Of a stretch of DNA of 56,527 nucleotides, positions 18,139 to 28,688 are shown piece by piece. This DNA comes from Acidimicrobiaceae bacterium (GTDB lineage Bacteria; Actinomycetota; Acidimicrobiia; Acidimicrobiales; Bog-793). The first letter of the stretch is position 1, and every line of letters begins with the position of its first letter. The DNA lies in the NCBI GenBank assembly GCA_003159795.1, contig PLPK01000035.1, forward strand, positions 1 through 56,527, in the 5' to 3' direction. A model generated the notes under the pieces. It was not told the origin of the DNA. It saw only the letters and a program-made list of their open reading frames with translations, and did no database searches. The translations under genes and the position numbers were made by a program.

Positions 18139-19683
18139 CTAACCGGCGGAGGAGACGGCGAACCAGTCGGACAGGAGCCCGACGGCGACGGCGAAGTTCC
18201 ACCCGGTCACCGTCGTCGTCGACTTGGTGCCCGCCACGACGACGCTCTCGACCCGGCCACCGAACGATCCGTGCCGGTTGCGCACCGTGACAGTGACACC
18301 CACGAGCTGGCCGATGGCAGGGAACCGCCGCTTGACGAGCGCAGCTGGGACCGTCATCCGCCACGTGTGGTTCGGGTTGCACTCGAGCGGGTTCCCGGCG
18401 ACGACACAGGCGTCACCGGGGTCGGGGACCGCGGGGAAGGCGCCGTGCGCGGTCCAGCCGCCGGACGACGCGGAGTACGAGGTGAGCGCGGCGCCGTCCG
18501 TAGAGCGTCTGGCGCGAATGACTCCCAAGGTGTCCGCGACTGCGGCGTCCGTCAGCGGCGATTCGAAGTTCTCACCAACGTAGGCTTCGCAGACGTTGTC
18601 GCAGATGCTCGCGTAACTGTTCCAGCCCCCGGCCTGCATCTCCGCCACGGCGTACGAGCGGGAGGCGACGGCCTGGGCCTCGAGGGCCTGGAACCCCCAG
18701 GCGTGACCCTGCGGGGCGCCAGCGCTGGTCCCCGCGGCGCCCCACGACGGCGATTCCTCGACGGGGACGACACCGTCGAGATAAGACTGCAGCCGCAACA
18801 CGTTGAGCGTCCGCTCGTGTCCCAACCGGTCGTACGCCTCGATCTCGCCGCGCACGACCTCGTCGAGGCCATCGTGCCGGCACAGCGTGAGCAGCGACGC
18901 CGGCGCCGCGACCAGGCTCGTGCTCGCCGGGTGGACCGTCGGATCGACGAGTCCTTTCGCGATCGGTACCTTCCTGCCCGCCGCCGCCCGGGCCGCTGAG
19001 CACGAGGTCGACTCGTACACGTCCCAGGTCCCGGCCTTGGTCAGCCGGAGGTCGATCGCCCTCCCGGCCGGGATCGTCAGCTGCCCGGGTGGGAGCGTCG
19101 TCGTGGTCGACGAGGTCGTCGTGGTCGACGACGTCGTCGTGGTCGACGAGGTCGAGGTCGTCGGCAGCTCGGTCGACGAGGTCGGCGGTAACGTCGTCGT
19201 GGTGGTCGAGGTCGAGGTCGTCGGCAGCTCGGTCGACGAGGTCGGCGGCAGCGTCGTCGTGGTCGACGACGTCGTCGGGGGGGGCGGGGTGGACCCCGCA
19301 CCCGTGACGGTGAACGCCGAGGAGGAGGTGACGACGGGGTCGTAGCCAACGGTGCCGCTCGCGTTCACGTTCTCGAGGATCGCCACCGAGATCGTCGGGT
19401 CGCTGCCGAGGCGCGACCCGGCGAGGCTCGAGCTGACCGTTCCACCGTAGAAGTGGTCGAGGATCTCGCCGTAGGTCTCGTGGTAGCGCACGGCGTCGCC
19501 GAAGTCCCCCCACTGACCCATGCCGAGACCCGGGCCGTAGCCGTGGCCGAGGAAGCTCACCGAGGCGACCGGCACCTCGGTCGAGGCACCGGACACGACC
19601 GCCGCGAGCGGCACGGCCACGATCGCCGACGACGCGAGGGCGACGAGCGCCACGACGCGCCCGCCCCGGCGGGGGGGCACCAT
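18139..19683 (-). CDS. SpoIID/LytB domain protein (peptidoglycan lytic transglycosylase-like)
   Basis: GHGYGPGLGMGQWG, EILDHFYGG, YLDGVVPVE, ALEAQAVASRSYA, YSASSGGWT; signal peptide; start uncertain. Confidence 0.9.
   Translation of the reverse strand: MVPPRRGGRVVALVALASSAIVAVPLAAVVSGASTEVPVASVSFLGHGYGPGLGMGQWGDFGDAVRYHETYGEILDHFYGGTVSSSLAGSRLGSDPTISVAILENVNASGTVGYDPVVTSSSAFTVTGAGSTPPPPTTSSTTTTLPPTSSTELPTTSTSTTTTTLPPTSSTELPTTSTSSTTTTSSTTTTSSTTTTLPPGQLTIPAGRAIDLRLTKAGTWDVYESTSCSAARAAAGRKVPIAKGLVDPTVHPASTSLVAAPASLLTLCRHDGLDEVVRGEIEAYDRLGHERTLNVLRLQSYLDGVVPVEESPSWGAAGTSAGAPQGHAWGFQALEAQAVASRSYAVAEMQAGGWNSYASICDNVCEAYVGENFESPLTDAAVADTLGVIRARRSTDGAALTSYSASSGGWTAHGAFPAVPDPGDACVVAGNPLECNPNHTWRMTVPAALVKRRFPAIGQLVGVTVTVRNRHGSFGGRVESVVVAGTKSTTTVTGWNFAVAVGLLSDWFAVSSAG
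19093..19290 (-). repeat. Thr/Ser/Pro low-complexity linker with a 60-nt tandem duplication
   Basis: TTTTLPPTSSTELPTTSTS twice; sequence lines 19141 and 19201 are near-identical. Confidence 0.85.
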
Positions 19684-19760
19684 ACCGTGACGAACGATGC
19701 TGCTGTGCATACTGGTACTGATGTTAGGTTCGCCAGCGCCGGCAGCGGCGCGGCGCGCCA

Positions 19761-20882
19761 TTAGGAAGCGGCGAGTGCCGTCTCGATCGTCCGGCGAAAC
19801 GCCACGGCGGCCACCTCCGGCGTGAAGTGCGCGGCACGCGACCGCCCGGCGGCGACGAGGCCCGCCCGCGCCGGCGCGTCGGTGAGGAGCTGGCGCACGG
19901 CCGACGCGACGAGGGCGGGCGACTTGTCCGAAAGCAGCACCCCCGCCTCACCGACCGTCTCGGGGACGGCGGCCGCGGCGTAGGCGACGACGGGAACGCC
20001 CCGTGACATCGCCTCGATGATCGGGGCGCAAAACCCCTCGTGCTCGGACAGGCACACGAAGACGTCGGCGATCTCGTAGTAGGCGACAAGTGTGCCCACC
20101 GCCACCGAGCCCGGCAGGCTGATCGCGTCTTCCAGGTCGAGCGCGGCGGCGAACCTGCGGAGCGCATCGATGTATGTGCTCCCCATCTCCCGCCCGACGA
20201 GGTGCAGCCGGGCGCCGGCGTCGTAGACGCGCCGGTAGCAGGCGAAGGCCTTCATCACGTCGTGGTCGGCCTTGTGCGGTGCGATCTGGCCGACGAACAG
20301 CCAATCCGCACCCCCGCGCGCGCCGGCGGAGGCGAGGCGCGCGAGCGCGATGGGATCCGGCGCCTGCTCGAAGGTCCCACCCTCGGTGAGGACCGGCACG
20401 ACCATCACGTTGGTGAAGCCGGTGTCGACCAGTTCGGCGGCGTTGTAGGCCGAATCGGCCATCACCCAGGAGACGAGCGGTGCGAGCATCTGCAGCTGCC
20501 GGCGACCGAGACGGGACTCCTCAGCGAGCGGCGGCAGCCAGCGCTCGACGAGCGGCGCCGGCGTGATGTTGTGGTAGTCGAGAAGCTTTCGGCCCGGATG
20601 GCGCGCGACCACATCGGCCGTCGCGCCCCCGATCGAGCACTGGTAGAGGATCCACTGGCTGTTGTCGGCGAGGAACGGCAGTTCGGCGACCGGGTGGACC
20701 CGACCGGCGCAGCCGGGTCCGATGGTCGAGGCGTAGATCTCGGACACGAAGCCCATCTCGCGTAGCAACCGCTGCGCGATGAAGGTGTGGTTGCTCACCG
20801 CGTCGTGCTCGATGATCGACGGGATCACCTGGTCGAGACGCGTCGGTCGGGCCCGGGGCACGACGCCCACAGTGCTCCTCAC
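19761..20882 (-). CDS. Glycosyltransferase family 4
   Basis: YHNITP, FVGQIAPHK, SEHEGFCAPIIEAM, AAVPET. Confidence 0.92.
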   Translation of the reverse strand: MRSTVGVVPRARPTRLDQVIPSIIEHDAVSNHTFIAQRLLREMGFVSEIYASTIGPGCAGRVHPVAELPFLADNSQWILYQCSIGGATADVVARHPGRKLLDYHNITPAPLVERWLPPLAEESRLGRRQLQMLAPLVSWVMADSAYNAAELVDTGFTNVMVVPVLTEGGTFEQAPDPIALARLASAGARGGADWLFVGQIAPHKADHDVMKAFACYRRVYDAGARLHLVGREMGSTYIDALRRFAAALDLEDAISLPGSVAVGTLVAYYEIADVFVCLSEHEGFCAPIIEAMSRGVPVVAYAAAAVPETVGEAGVLLSDKSPALVASAVRQLLTDAPARAGLVAAGRSRAAHFTPEVAAVAFRRTIETALAAS

Positions 20883-21172
20883 CGGTCCCTGCGCGCCGCG
20901 ACAGCGCCGAGTGGGCGTTCCACGAAAGCGAGCGCCCGGCGCAGGTACGGCCGCGCCGGCCTCGGCACCACAAGTCGCGCGACCCGCCGCAGCGCCAGCG
21001 AGCGCTCCGAGAGTCGCGGCGTTCGCAGGGCGCGGGTCGCCGCGCGCTCGAAGATCCGGTCCAGCCCGTCCGAGTCTTCCTGCGTCCAGCGCCCGTCGGC
21101 AGCGAGCCGTTCAGCATCGGATCGCGCCGCGGCGACGACCGACGAGGCGAACGGAGCGGGTTCCTCACTCAA
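20879..21172 (-). CDS. Small hypothetical protein in glycan operon
   Basis: Fills the gap between wzt and GT4; stop overlaps next start (GTGA). Confidence 0.6.
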   Translation of the reverse strand: MSEEPAPFASSVVAAARSDAERLAADGRWTQEDSDGLDRIFERAATRALRTPRLSERSLALRRVARLVVPRPARPYLRRALAFVERPLGAVAARRDR

Positions 21173-21205
21173 CCGGGGGCGGTCCTCACTCCGGCGGCGG
21201 AACGA

Positions 21206-22444
21206 TCACAAGTTCGCATGGCGTGGGGCCCCGGGAACGACCACCTCGACACGCATCGGCAGCGACACCACCCCGGTGGCCCTCGTCGGGTTCATCACCT
21301 CAAACTCGCACGCCGGCTCGGCGAGGCCGATGACGACACCCCCCGCGTCCCGCACGCCGAGGTTCACGGTGAACCGGCCGTCGAGAAGCGGCAGCGAGTC
21401 GAAACAGAACGTCACGGACCCGGCTCCGGGGGCGAGCATCATCGCCTCGTCGGCACCGCTGCTCTTCGTGGCGAACAGCGTCTGGTGCCGGTCGGATAGG
21501 ACCTCGATCGCGAATTGCGCGCTGTCGACCGCCGAGGTCACCAGGTAGTCGACCCGGATCGTCAGCGGCTCACCGGTGATGAGGTACGGCCGCTCGCCGA
21601 TCCCAGGGTGGTCGACCGTGACCCCGGTGATCTCGACCTGGGGACGCGCCGGCGTGGCGGAGTCCGGCGCGGCGCTCACCGGGACGGCGGCGTCCGGCGC
21701 CGCAGCCGAGTCGAGGGCGAGGAGGCCCTCTTTGAAGACGCGGATCGCCTCGCCCGGCGGTGCGAAGGCGACGAGCCGTCCCGTGTCGAAGACGAGGATC
21801 TCGTCGCAGATGGCGCGCAGCATGTCCGAGGAGTGCGACACGACGATGATCGTCCGCCCGTCCTCCTGGAACAGCTTCACCCTCTCCAAGCACTTCTGCT
21901 GGAAACGCTCGTCGCCGACGGAGAGCACCTCGTCAACCAGCAGGACGTCCGGGTCCATGCTGACGGCGATCGAGAAGCCGAGCCGCACGATCATGCCCGA
22001 CGAGTAGTACTTCACCTGATTGTCGATGAAGTGCTCGAGCTCGGCGAACTCGACGATCTCCTTGAAGCGGCGGCTGATCTCGCGGCGCGACATCCCGAGG
22101 AGCGACCCGTTGAGGAAGATGTTGTCGCGCCCCGACAGGTCGGCCGAGAAGCCCGCACCGAGCTCGAGCATCGCCGCGACCTTGCCGCGCACGACGACCT
22201 GGCCGGAGGTCGGCTGGAGGATGCCGGCGATGCACTTGAGCAGCGTCGACTTGCCCGAGCCGTTCGGCCCGAGGATCCCGACCGTCGAACCCGGCCGGAT
22301 CTCCGCCGAGACATTGCGCAGGGCCCAGAATTCCTCGTAGGGGATGTGCCCCAGGTGCAGCAGGCGCTCTTTCAGCGACGAGTACTTCTCGAGGTAGAGA
22401 TGGAAGCGCTTCGATACGTCCTGGATCTCAACGGCGGAGCTCAT
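21206..22444 (-). CDS. wzt: Polysaccharide ABC exporter ATPase with Wzt C-terminal domain
   Basis: [29 protein letters not shown], plus about 150-aa beta-rich C-terminal extension. Confidence 0.93.
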   Translation of the reverse strand: MSSAVEIQDVSKRFHLYLEKYSSLKERLLHLGHIPYEEFWALRNVSAEIRPGSTVGILGPNGSGKSTLLKCIAGILQPTSGQVVVRGKVAAMLELGAGFSADLSGRDNIFLNGSLLGMSRREISRRFKEIVEFAELEHFIDNQVKYYSSGMIVRLGFSIAVSMDPDVLLVDEVLSVGDERFQQKCLERVKLFQEDGRTIIVVSHSSDMLRAICDEILVFDTGRLVAFAPPGEAIRVFKEGLLALDSAAAPDAAVPVSAAPDSATPARPQVEITGVTVDHPGIGERPYLITGEPLTIRVDYLVTSAVDSAQFAIEVLSDRHQTLFATKSSGADEAMMLAPGAGSVTFCFDSLPLLDGRFTVNLGVRDAGGVVIGLAEPACEFEVMNPTRATGVVSLPMRVEVVVPGAPRHANL

Positions 22445-22451
22445 CGGCTTC

Positions 22452-23444
22452 TCACAGCTCCTCCGCGAAGTTCCCGCTGATGCGCCCGAAGACCAGCATC
22501 GCACCGAACAGGAGCAGGATCGCCGCGCCGAGCTGTCCCGCGAGGAGCTCGACGTAAAAATGGTAGGGATAGTTCGCGAGCACGGGGTAGTGCGAGTTGC
22601 CCGTGATGTGCACGAACACCTTCCCGTAGATCGCCCGCTGGAAGGCGAGCACGAACGTCGTCACCGGGTTGGCGAGGTATAGACGCGCGAGCCAGACGAG
22701 GTGGTGCCGCGCGAACAGGCCGTAGACGAGGTTGTAGCTGTAGATGATCGGCACGCCCCAGAACCAGGCGTTCAGCAGCACGAGGATGAGGTGCTCGACG
22801 TCACGGAAGTAGACGTTCACCGCCGAAAGGAATATCGCGAGCGCGGCGGAGAACACGATCAGGTCGACGAGCGAGAACAACGCGATCGGCAGGTAACCCC
22901 AGGCGGGCGAGTACTGGAAGCCGACGAGGAACAGGATAAGCACCAACGCCTGAAAGAAGAAGAAGACGCTCGCGGTGCCGACCTGCGACAGAGCGAGGAT
23001 CTCGCGCGGGAAAGCGACCTTCTTCACGATCCCGGCGTTGGCGACGATGACACTCGCCGACCCGGTCGTCGCCGTCTGAAACAGGTTCCACACGACGAGG
23101 CCGGCGAACAGGTACAGGGCGAAGCTCGGGGTCGGGTTCTTCAGGAAGTACTTGAACACGACGTAGTAGACGAGCAACACGAACGCCGGATTGAGCATCG
23201 ACCACAGAAAACCGAGGAAGCTGTTCTTGTACTTGACCTTCAGGTCCTTGCGGACGAGGAAGACGAACAGCTCCCGGGCATGCCAGAGCTCGCGGAGTCG
23301 GTTGCGGAGCGACACCCGCGACGAGACGATGCGCGCCGTCAACTCCCCCCCGCCGTCCGAGCGCCCGCCACGGGGCACGAAGGACCATTGGCGCGACGGC
23401 CGGCCCGCGACAGCAGGAACGTCGGCCTCGCTCACCGTCCCCAT
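22452..23444 (-). CDS. wzm: Polysaccharide ABC exporter permease
   Basis: DLKVKYKNSFLGFLWSMLNP, KKVAFPRE, FRDVEH, NP, FAEEL; start uncertain. Confidence 0.93.
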   Translation of the reverse strand: MGTVSEADVPAVAGRPSRQWSFVPRGGRSDGGGELTARIVSSRVSLRNRLRELWHARELFVFLVRKDLKVKYKNSFLGFLWSMLNPAFVLLVYYVVFKYFLKNPTPSFALYLFAGLVVWNLFQTATTGSASVIVANAGIVKKVAFPREILALSQVGTASVFFFFQALVLILFLVGFQYSPAWGYLPIALFSLVDLIVFSAALAIFLSAVNVYFRDVEHLILVLLNAWFWGVPIIYSYNLVYGLFARHHLVWLARLYLANPVTTFVLAFQRAIYGKVFVHITGNSHYPVLANYPYHFYVELLAGQLGAAILLLFGAMLVFGRISGNFAEEL

Positions 23445-23669
23445 GGCAACCCACACCTCTCGCATGTCCGGCGATCCGGGGTCGCGACCACCGGGGTGCG
23501 TACCCAGCTCATTCCATGCACGCCGATCGAGGCGACGGTGTCGGACTGGCTCTCCGGGGCGCCGCCAGACTCCGGACCAGATCGGACGCATCCTAGTGGG
23601 CGGCCTTTCGGCTCGGGGTCGCATGCGCGCGTCTACCATCGGGCCCAGTACCCGGGCCGAGGAGTCGCC

Positions 23670-23972
23670 GTGGAAAGAGCGCAAGGCCGCCTGGTGTGGC
23701 GCACGATACGAACCGGGGTAGCCCTCCCACACCGGGTCGCGTCGAATACCGAGAGGATCGACACCCTCGAGCGCCACGTCGAGATGAAGATCGACGAGAT
23801 GCGCGCCGAGCTCGCCGAGATCAGGTCGCTGCTGCACGCGCAGATCGACGGGGACGCCGAGGCGACCGAGCTTGTCGGACGGCTCCTGCAGGCTGCTGAG
23901 CGGCGCCTGACGGCGCTGGAGGAGCTCGTCGCCACCACGGCCGCCGCCGGGGCCGACCGCGCGCCTCGATGA
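23670..23972 (+). CDS. Small coiled-coil hypothetical protein
   Basis: GTG after GAGGAG; heptad-like IDTLERHVEMKIDEMRAELAEIRSLL; ATGA overlap with next gene. Confidence 0.7.
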   Translation: MERAQGRLVWRTIRTGVALPHRVASNTERIDTLERHVEMKIDEMRAELAEIRSLLHAQIDGDAEATELVGRLLQAAERRLTALEELVATTAAAGADRAPR

Positions 23973-26452
23973 CCCGCGGCGGAACCCCGGGGCCGGCCGG
24001 GACCGTCGTCGTCGACCTCCAGGCGCTACAGAGCCCGACCTCCCGCACCCACGGAATCGGCCGCTACGCCGAGAACTGGGCGCTTGCGCTCGAGCGGCTG
24101 CGGCCGGATCTCGTCGGGACCTATCTCCTCAACCCTGACCTGCCGCCCCCGGGGGCGATCGAAGAACTCGCCTCGACCGGCAAGGTCGCGTACCGGGGGG
24201 CGCCGCACGCCATCGGACCCGACACCCGGATCTTCCACTCCCTGTCGCCGTTCGACCTCGCCGTCGACACGCGGGCGATCTGGCCCGAAGACGTCGAGAC
24301 GCGCGCGCTCGAGTTCTCCGCCACCGTCTACGACCTCATCCCCGCACGCGACCCCGCCTCCGAGCTGATCGACGTCGCCGAGCGCCGCCGGTACCGGACC
24401 CGTATCGAGCTCGTACGCGCGGCCGCCGGCCTGCAGGTACTTTCGCGGGCGGTCGGCGACGAACTCGTCACGAGGCTCGGCGTCGAGCGCCCGCGCGTGA
24501 CGATCGTCGGCGCGGCACCCGACGACCGCTTCCGCCCGGCCGAATCGCGGACGGCCGCGACGAAGGCCGCGATCGCACGCCTGGGCGCAGCCGGCCTCCA
24601 CGGCCGGTACGTCCTGTACCCGAGCGGCAGCCACCCGCGCAAGAACAACGAGCGGCTCGTGGCGGCGTGGACGCGCCTCGGCGAGGCCGGCCGAGATCTG
24701 CAGCTCGTCTTCACGGGGGACCTGCCGGGTCCGACCGCGAACCACCTGCGCCACCTCGCGACGCCGCTCGGCCGCGGTGATCCCGTCGTCGTCCCCGGCA
24801 TCGTCGACGACGACACGCTCGTCACGCTCTACCAGGGAGCGGAGCTCGTCTGCTACCCCTCCCTCGCCGAGGGTTTCGGGCTCCCCCTCGCCGAAGCCGC
24901 CGCCTGCAGCGTGCCCGCCGTCTGTTCGGACCGTCCCCCGCTCGACGACCTCGTCGCGCCCGAAAACCGCTTCGACCCCGAGGACGTCGGCGACATCGCC
25001 CGGGTGATCACGACGGCGCTGGCACGGCGCGGTCAGACGGCGACCCCATCGGACCGGCGCTCCGCCGGCTGGCCGGAGGTCGCGGCACGCAGCGCGCAGG
25101 CCTTCGAGGACCTCCTCGCCGCGCGGTCCTCATGGCTGACACCCCGGTCAGCCCGGGGGCGGCCCCGACTCCCGCGGATCGCGATCGTCACACCGCTGCC
25201 GCCGGCCCCTTCGGGCGTCGCCGGCTACAGCTACCGCCTGATCGAGGAGATCCTCGCGACCCGAGAGGTCACGGTCGACGTCTTCGCCGACGGCCCGACT
25301 CGCGGCGTCGAGGCCCCGGCGGGCGCGGCCGTGCACGCCGCACCGGCGCTCCTCTCGGTTGAGCGGCTCACCGGCCGCTACGACCGCGTCGTCTACACGT
25401 TCGGCAACAGCCACCACCACCTCGGCGCCCTCGCGCTCCTGAGATCACGCCCGGGTGCCGTCGTCAGCCACGACGTGCGCCTGACCAACCTCTACCGGCA
25501 CGAGACCGGCGACCCCGGGCTCCTACCGCACGGACTGGCCGCGCGGATCCGCGCGATGTACGGCGACTCCCTCCCGGCGCGCCTCGGGAGGAACAACGAA
25601 GTCGCCGCCGGGGACCTGGCCCACTACGGGTTGCTGATGGCGCGCGAGGTGATCGGCCTGTCGGAGGTGTTCTTCGTCTCATCACGGGCCGCGGCGGCGC
25701 TCGCCCGCCTCGACGCCGGCCCCACCCTGGCGGGGCGCATCGGTATCCTCCCGTTCGCGATCGAATCGCCCCGGAACCGCCGTTCGGCCTTCACCGAGGA
25801 CGCCGGGGTCCCGCAGGACTGCGCCGTCGCGGCCGCGTGGTGGGGACGGCCACCCGCGGAGGACGGGACCCGCAAAGTCGTCGCCCACTTCGGGATCGTC
25901 GATCCTGTGAAGGCTCCCGAGCTGCTGATCGACGCGTTCGCAGCGCTACCGGCGCGCGGCATCGGTGAGGGGGACACCGCCCCGGTGCTCGCCCTGGTCG
26001 GGCCCATCTCGGTCGAACTCGCCCGCGCCCTCGCGGCGCGCGCGACGGCGCTCGGGATCGGCGGACGGCTCGCGATCACCGGCCCCCTGCCGCCCGAGTC
26101 CTACCGGGCCTGGCTCGCGGCGACGACGGTCGCCGTCCAGCTCCGCCGTTCGTTCAACGGCGAGGCCTCGGCGGCCGTCGGCGAGTGCCTGGCGTCCGGT
26201 GTGCCGACGGTCGCGACGGATCTCGGCTGGCTCCGCGAATTGCCCCGGGAGGCCGTCGAGCTGGTCCCGGCCGCGACCACCAGCGAGGAGCTCGCGACGG
26301 TGCTCGCTGGGCTCCTGACCGACCCACGCCGCAGGGGGCGTCTCGCCGAGGGCGGATTCGCGTTCGCGGCGCGCCACAGCTTCGCGGCGACAGCCGCGGC
26401 ACTGCTCCCGGCGATCCTCGCCGACCGCGGCGACCAGGGACTTGTCGGCTAG
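23969..26452 (+). CDS. Two-domain GT4 glycosyltransferase
   Basis: Domain 1 HGIGRY, TVYDLIP, RKN, EGFGLPLAEA; domain 2 TPLPPAPSGVAGYS, GNSHHH, HD, FGIVDPVK, GEASAAV. Confidence 0.92.
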   Translation: MTRGGTPGPAGTVVVDLQALQSPTSRTHGIGRYAENWALALERLRPDLVGTYLLNPDLPPPGAIEELASTGKVAYRGAPHAIGPDTRIFHSLSPFDLAVDTRAIWPEDVETRALEFSATVYDLIPARDPASELIDVAERRRYRTRIELVRAAAGLQVLSRAVGDELVTRLGVERPRVTIVGAAPDDRFRPAESRTAATKAAIARLGAAGLHGRYVLYPSGSHPRKNNERLVAAWTRLGEAGRDLQLVFTGDLPGPTANHLRHLATPLGRGDPVVVPGIVDDDTLVTLYQGAELVCYPSLAEGFGLPLAEAAACSVPAVCSDRPPLDDLVAPENRFDPEDVGDIARVITTALARRGQTATPSDRRSAGWPEVAARSAQAFEDLLAARSSWLTPRSARGRPRLPRIAIVTPLPPAPSGVAGYSYRLIEEILATREVTVDVFADGPTRGVEAPAGAAVHAAPALLSVERLTGRYDRVVYTFGNSHHHLGALALLRSRPGAVVSHDVRLTNLYRHETGDPGLLPHGLAARIRAMYGDSLPARLGRNNEVAAGDLAHYGLLMAREVIGLSEVFFVSSRAAAALARLDAGPTLAGRIGILPFAIESPRNRRSAFTEDAGVPQDCAVAAAWWGRPPAEDGTRKVVAHFGIVDPVKAPELLIDAFAALPARGIGEGDTAPVLALVGPISVELARALAARATALGIGGRLAITGPLPPESYRAWLAATTVAVQLRRSFNGEASAAVGECLASGVPTVATDLGWLRELPREAVELVPAATTSEELATVLAGLLTDPRRRGRLAEGGFAFAARHSFAATAAALLPAILADRGDQGLVG

Positions 26453-26461
26453 ACGGCGCGG

Positions 26462-27223
26462 TTAGGACGTCTTCGTTGCCGAGATCCTCGCCGCGAGTCT
26501 GCGCCCGAGGATGAGCACGGCCCGCGTGAACGCCACAGCGTCCACCGCCTGACCCCTCTCGCCGGTGAAGGGAGACGCCGGAGGAGTCCCGATCGCGCCT
26601 CCGAGCGCGACCCGCGCGGCCCGCGCCGCCCGCGCGTGCGCCGCCCGGGCGCGGACGAGCTCGAGCACCTCGGTCCGTGGGTCCGCGGCGTCCTTCACGG
26701 CCCAGCCCCTCGGCACGGCGACCGGCGACGCGACACGCGCCGGCGCGACGGTGACACGCTCCTCGGGCAGGCCCCACGTCGAGACGACCTCGTTCTGGTC
26801 CTCCTCGTTGCCAACGACGACGTGGGTCGCGACCGACCAGATCTCGCCCATCCCCCGGCTGCCGATACCGCCGGGGATCGGTGAAGCGCCGTCGAAGCGG
26901 ACGGTCGACTCCCGGAACATCCGCAGTGCCGCCGCGACAAGCGTGAGCGTCGCCGCCCGCCAAAGCCGACCGGCGCGGTCCCCGACCGGCAGGCCTGCCT
27001 CGAAATGGAGGACGATCGCCTCGAAACGCCGGGAGAGCCACGCCAGCCGCAGGGCGAAGACAGGACCTTGCAGCCGGGCGCTACGGTGCGCTGCGCTCCG
27101 GTTGTCCGGCGACAGCAGCTCGACATCGTGTCCCTCGGCGAGGAGGGCGATCGCGAGCTCGGCAAGGGCGAGGCCGGAGTCACCGCCGGGGGGCGGGACC
27201 GCCCCGACGATGAGGACCCTCAC
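26462..27223 (-). CDS. Hypothetical protein with GT-B-like N-terminus
   Basis: RVLIVGAVPPPGG...LLAEGHDVELLSP; GTGA overlap with the upstream GT stop. Confidence 0.65.
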   Translation of the reverse strand: MRVLIVGAVPPPGGDSGLALAELAIALLAEGHDVELLSPDNRSAAHRSARLQGPVFALRLAWLSRRFEAIVLHFEAGLPVGDRAGRLWRAATLTLVAAALRMFRESTVRFDGASPIPGGIGSRGMGEIWSVATHVVVGNEEDQNEVVSTWGLPEERVTVAPARVASPVAVPRGWAVKDAADPRTEVLELVRARAAHARAARAARVALGGAIGTPPASPFTGERGQAVDAVAFTRAVLILGRRLAARISATKTS

Positions 27224-28434
27224 CGCGGTCTCCGTGCCGTCAGCGCACCGAGCGACCCCTCCATCGCGTCGAGCACGATCTCCCAGGTGTAGTTGGCGAG
27301 CACGTAGCTGCGGCCGCGTTCGGCGAGCACGGCCGCGGCCTTCGGCCCCTCGGCGAGGAAGCGGAGGCACTGCGCGAATTCGAGCTCGTCCGCGTAGGTG
27401 AGCCCGCCCCCGGACCGCTCGCAGTGCCAGGTGACCACCTCACCCGCCGCCGAGGCGATCACCGGGGTGCCGGCGAGCCATGCCTCCATGAGCGTGCGCG
27501 AGAAGCTCTCGTTAGCGCTCGGCTGGACGAGCGCCGCTGCCGCGGCGAAGGCGTTCGGCATCTCGGCGGCCCCGAGGTAGCCGAGGTCGATGACACGTCC
27601 CGCGAGGTCCTCGGGAATGTCCGGCGCGCCGACGCCGATCGTCACCAGGTCGAAGGGCGTGTCGTTGCCGGCAATCGCGGAGGCGTAGGCGGACAGCAGC
27701 TCGCGCCAGCCCTTGCCCCCCTCGCGTCGCCCGGCGAAGAGGACGAACGGCCGGTTCAGGCCGTGGGCCTGCCGGAACCCCGCCGGGTCATACGAGTCGG
27801 GGACCTCGACGGCGGCTCCGACGACGCCGTGACGAGGCGCCAGGTCGGGCGCGAGGCGGTGGCCGAGCAGGTGCTCGGGCTCCGAAAGGAACCACACGCC
27901 GGCCACCGAGGCGAGCATGGATCGGACAATCGAGAGCCGTGAGTACGGCTCGTCGTGCAGGCACGGCATCACGACCGACCGCTCGGGCGCGACCTGCGCG
28001 CCGAAGATCGTCGTCCAGAAGAGGTACGGCGACAGCACGATGGCGTCATAGCGTCGCGCCTCGGCGAGCAGGTACAAGTACAACTCGGGCACCCGGAAGC
28101 GGCTGTTCACCCAGGCGATCTCCGTCGCGGGGCTCAGCCGCTCACCGCGCTGGACCCGCTGCTCGAGGCTGGCCGCGGTGAGCCGGCACCCAGAGGTGGT
28201 CGTTGGGAAGCGCCGGATAACGACACCCCGGTCCTCGCTGGTCCCGTCGTCGAACTCGTTCGCCCAGCTGAAGTGCGACCGCGCGCACGTGGTCAGGACC
28301 TCGACCGCGTAGCCGCGGCCGGCGAGGCCACGTGCCGCCTCGCCCATCACGGCTTCGGAGCCTCCGACGACGCCGGGGCCGTAGCGGGGGGTGACGAAGG
28401 CGATCCGCGCATGCGAACTCGTCTTTCGCGCCAT
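27220..28434 (-). CDS. Glycosyltransferase family 4
   Basis: FVTPRYG, GGSE, VLTTCA, PCLHDEP, GRREGGKG, ESFSRTLMEAW. Confidence 0.92.
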   Translation of the reverse strand: MARKTSSHARIAFVTPRYGPGVVGGSEAVMGEAARGLAGRGYAVEVLTTCARSHFSWANEFDDGTSEDRGVVIRRFPTTTSGCRLTAASLEQRVQRGERLSPATEIAWVNSRFRVPELYLYLLAEARRYDAIVLSPYLFWTTIFGAQVAPERSVVMPCLHDEPYSRLSIVRSMLASVAGVWFLSEPEHLLGHRLAPDLAPRHGVVGAAVEVPDSYDPAGFRQAHGLNRPFVLFAGRREGGKGWRELLSAYASAIAGNDTPFDLVTIGVGAPDIPEDLAGRVIDLGYLGAAEMPNAFAAAAALVQPSANESFSRTLMEAWLAGTPVIASAAGEVVTWHCERSGGGLTYADELEFAQCLRFLAEGPKAAAVLAERGRSYVLANYTWEIVLDAMEGSLGALTARRPR

Positions 28435-28688
28435 GCCGGCCGCCTTCTCTCCCGTCCCCGCCCGGTGGGACGCTCCCGAGCAGGGAAAGCGTAGGCGACC
28501 ACGGGTCCTCGACGGACACAACAGATGCAACTAGGGTCCGCGAAGTGCTCCGATTCGTCCTCACGATCATCACGAACAGTGGTCGCTGAACAGCACAACT
28601 GGACCAGTCTCGACTGGGTCGTATAGGCCAGTCGCAATGACCCCGTACGTGTCTGTGCTGGTAGCAACCCTGGGGGGACGATGCTTGC

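Noticed and set aside
19277-19284. G8 tract as a phase-variation switch in the SpoIID gene
   Set aside because: Short, encodes a Pro run, frame intact; expected by chance at this GC.
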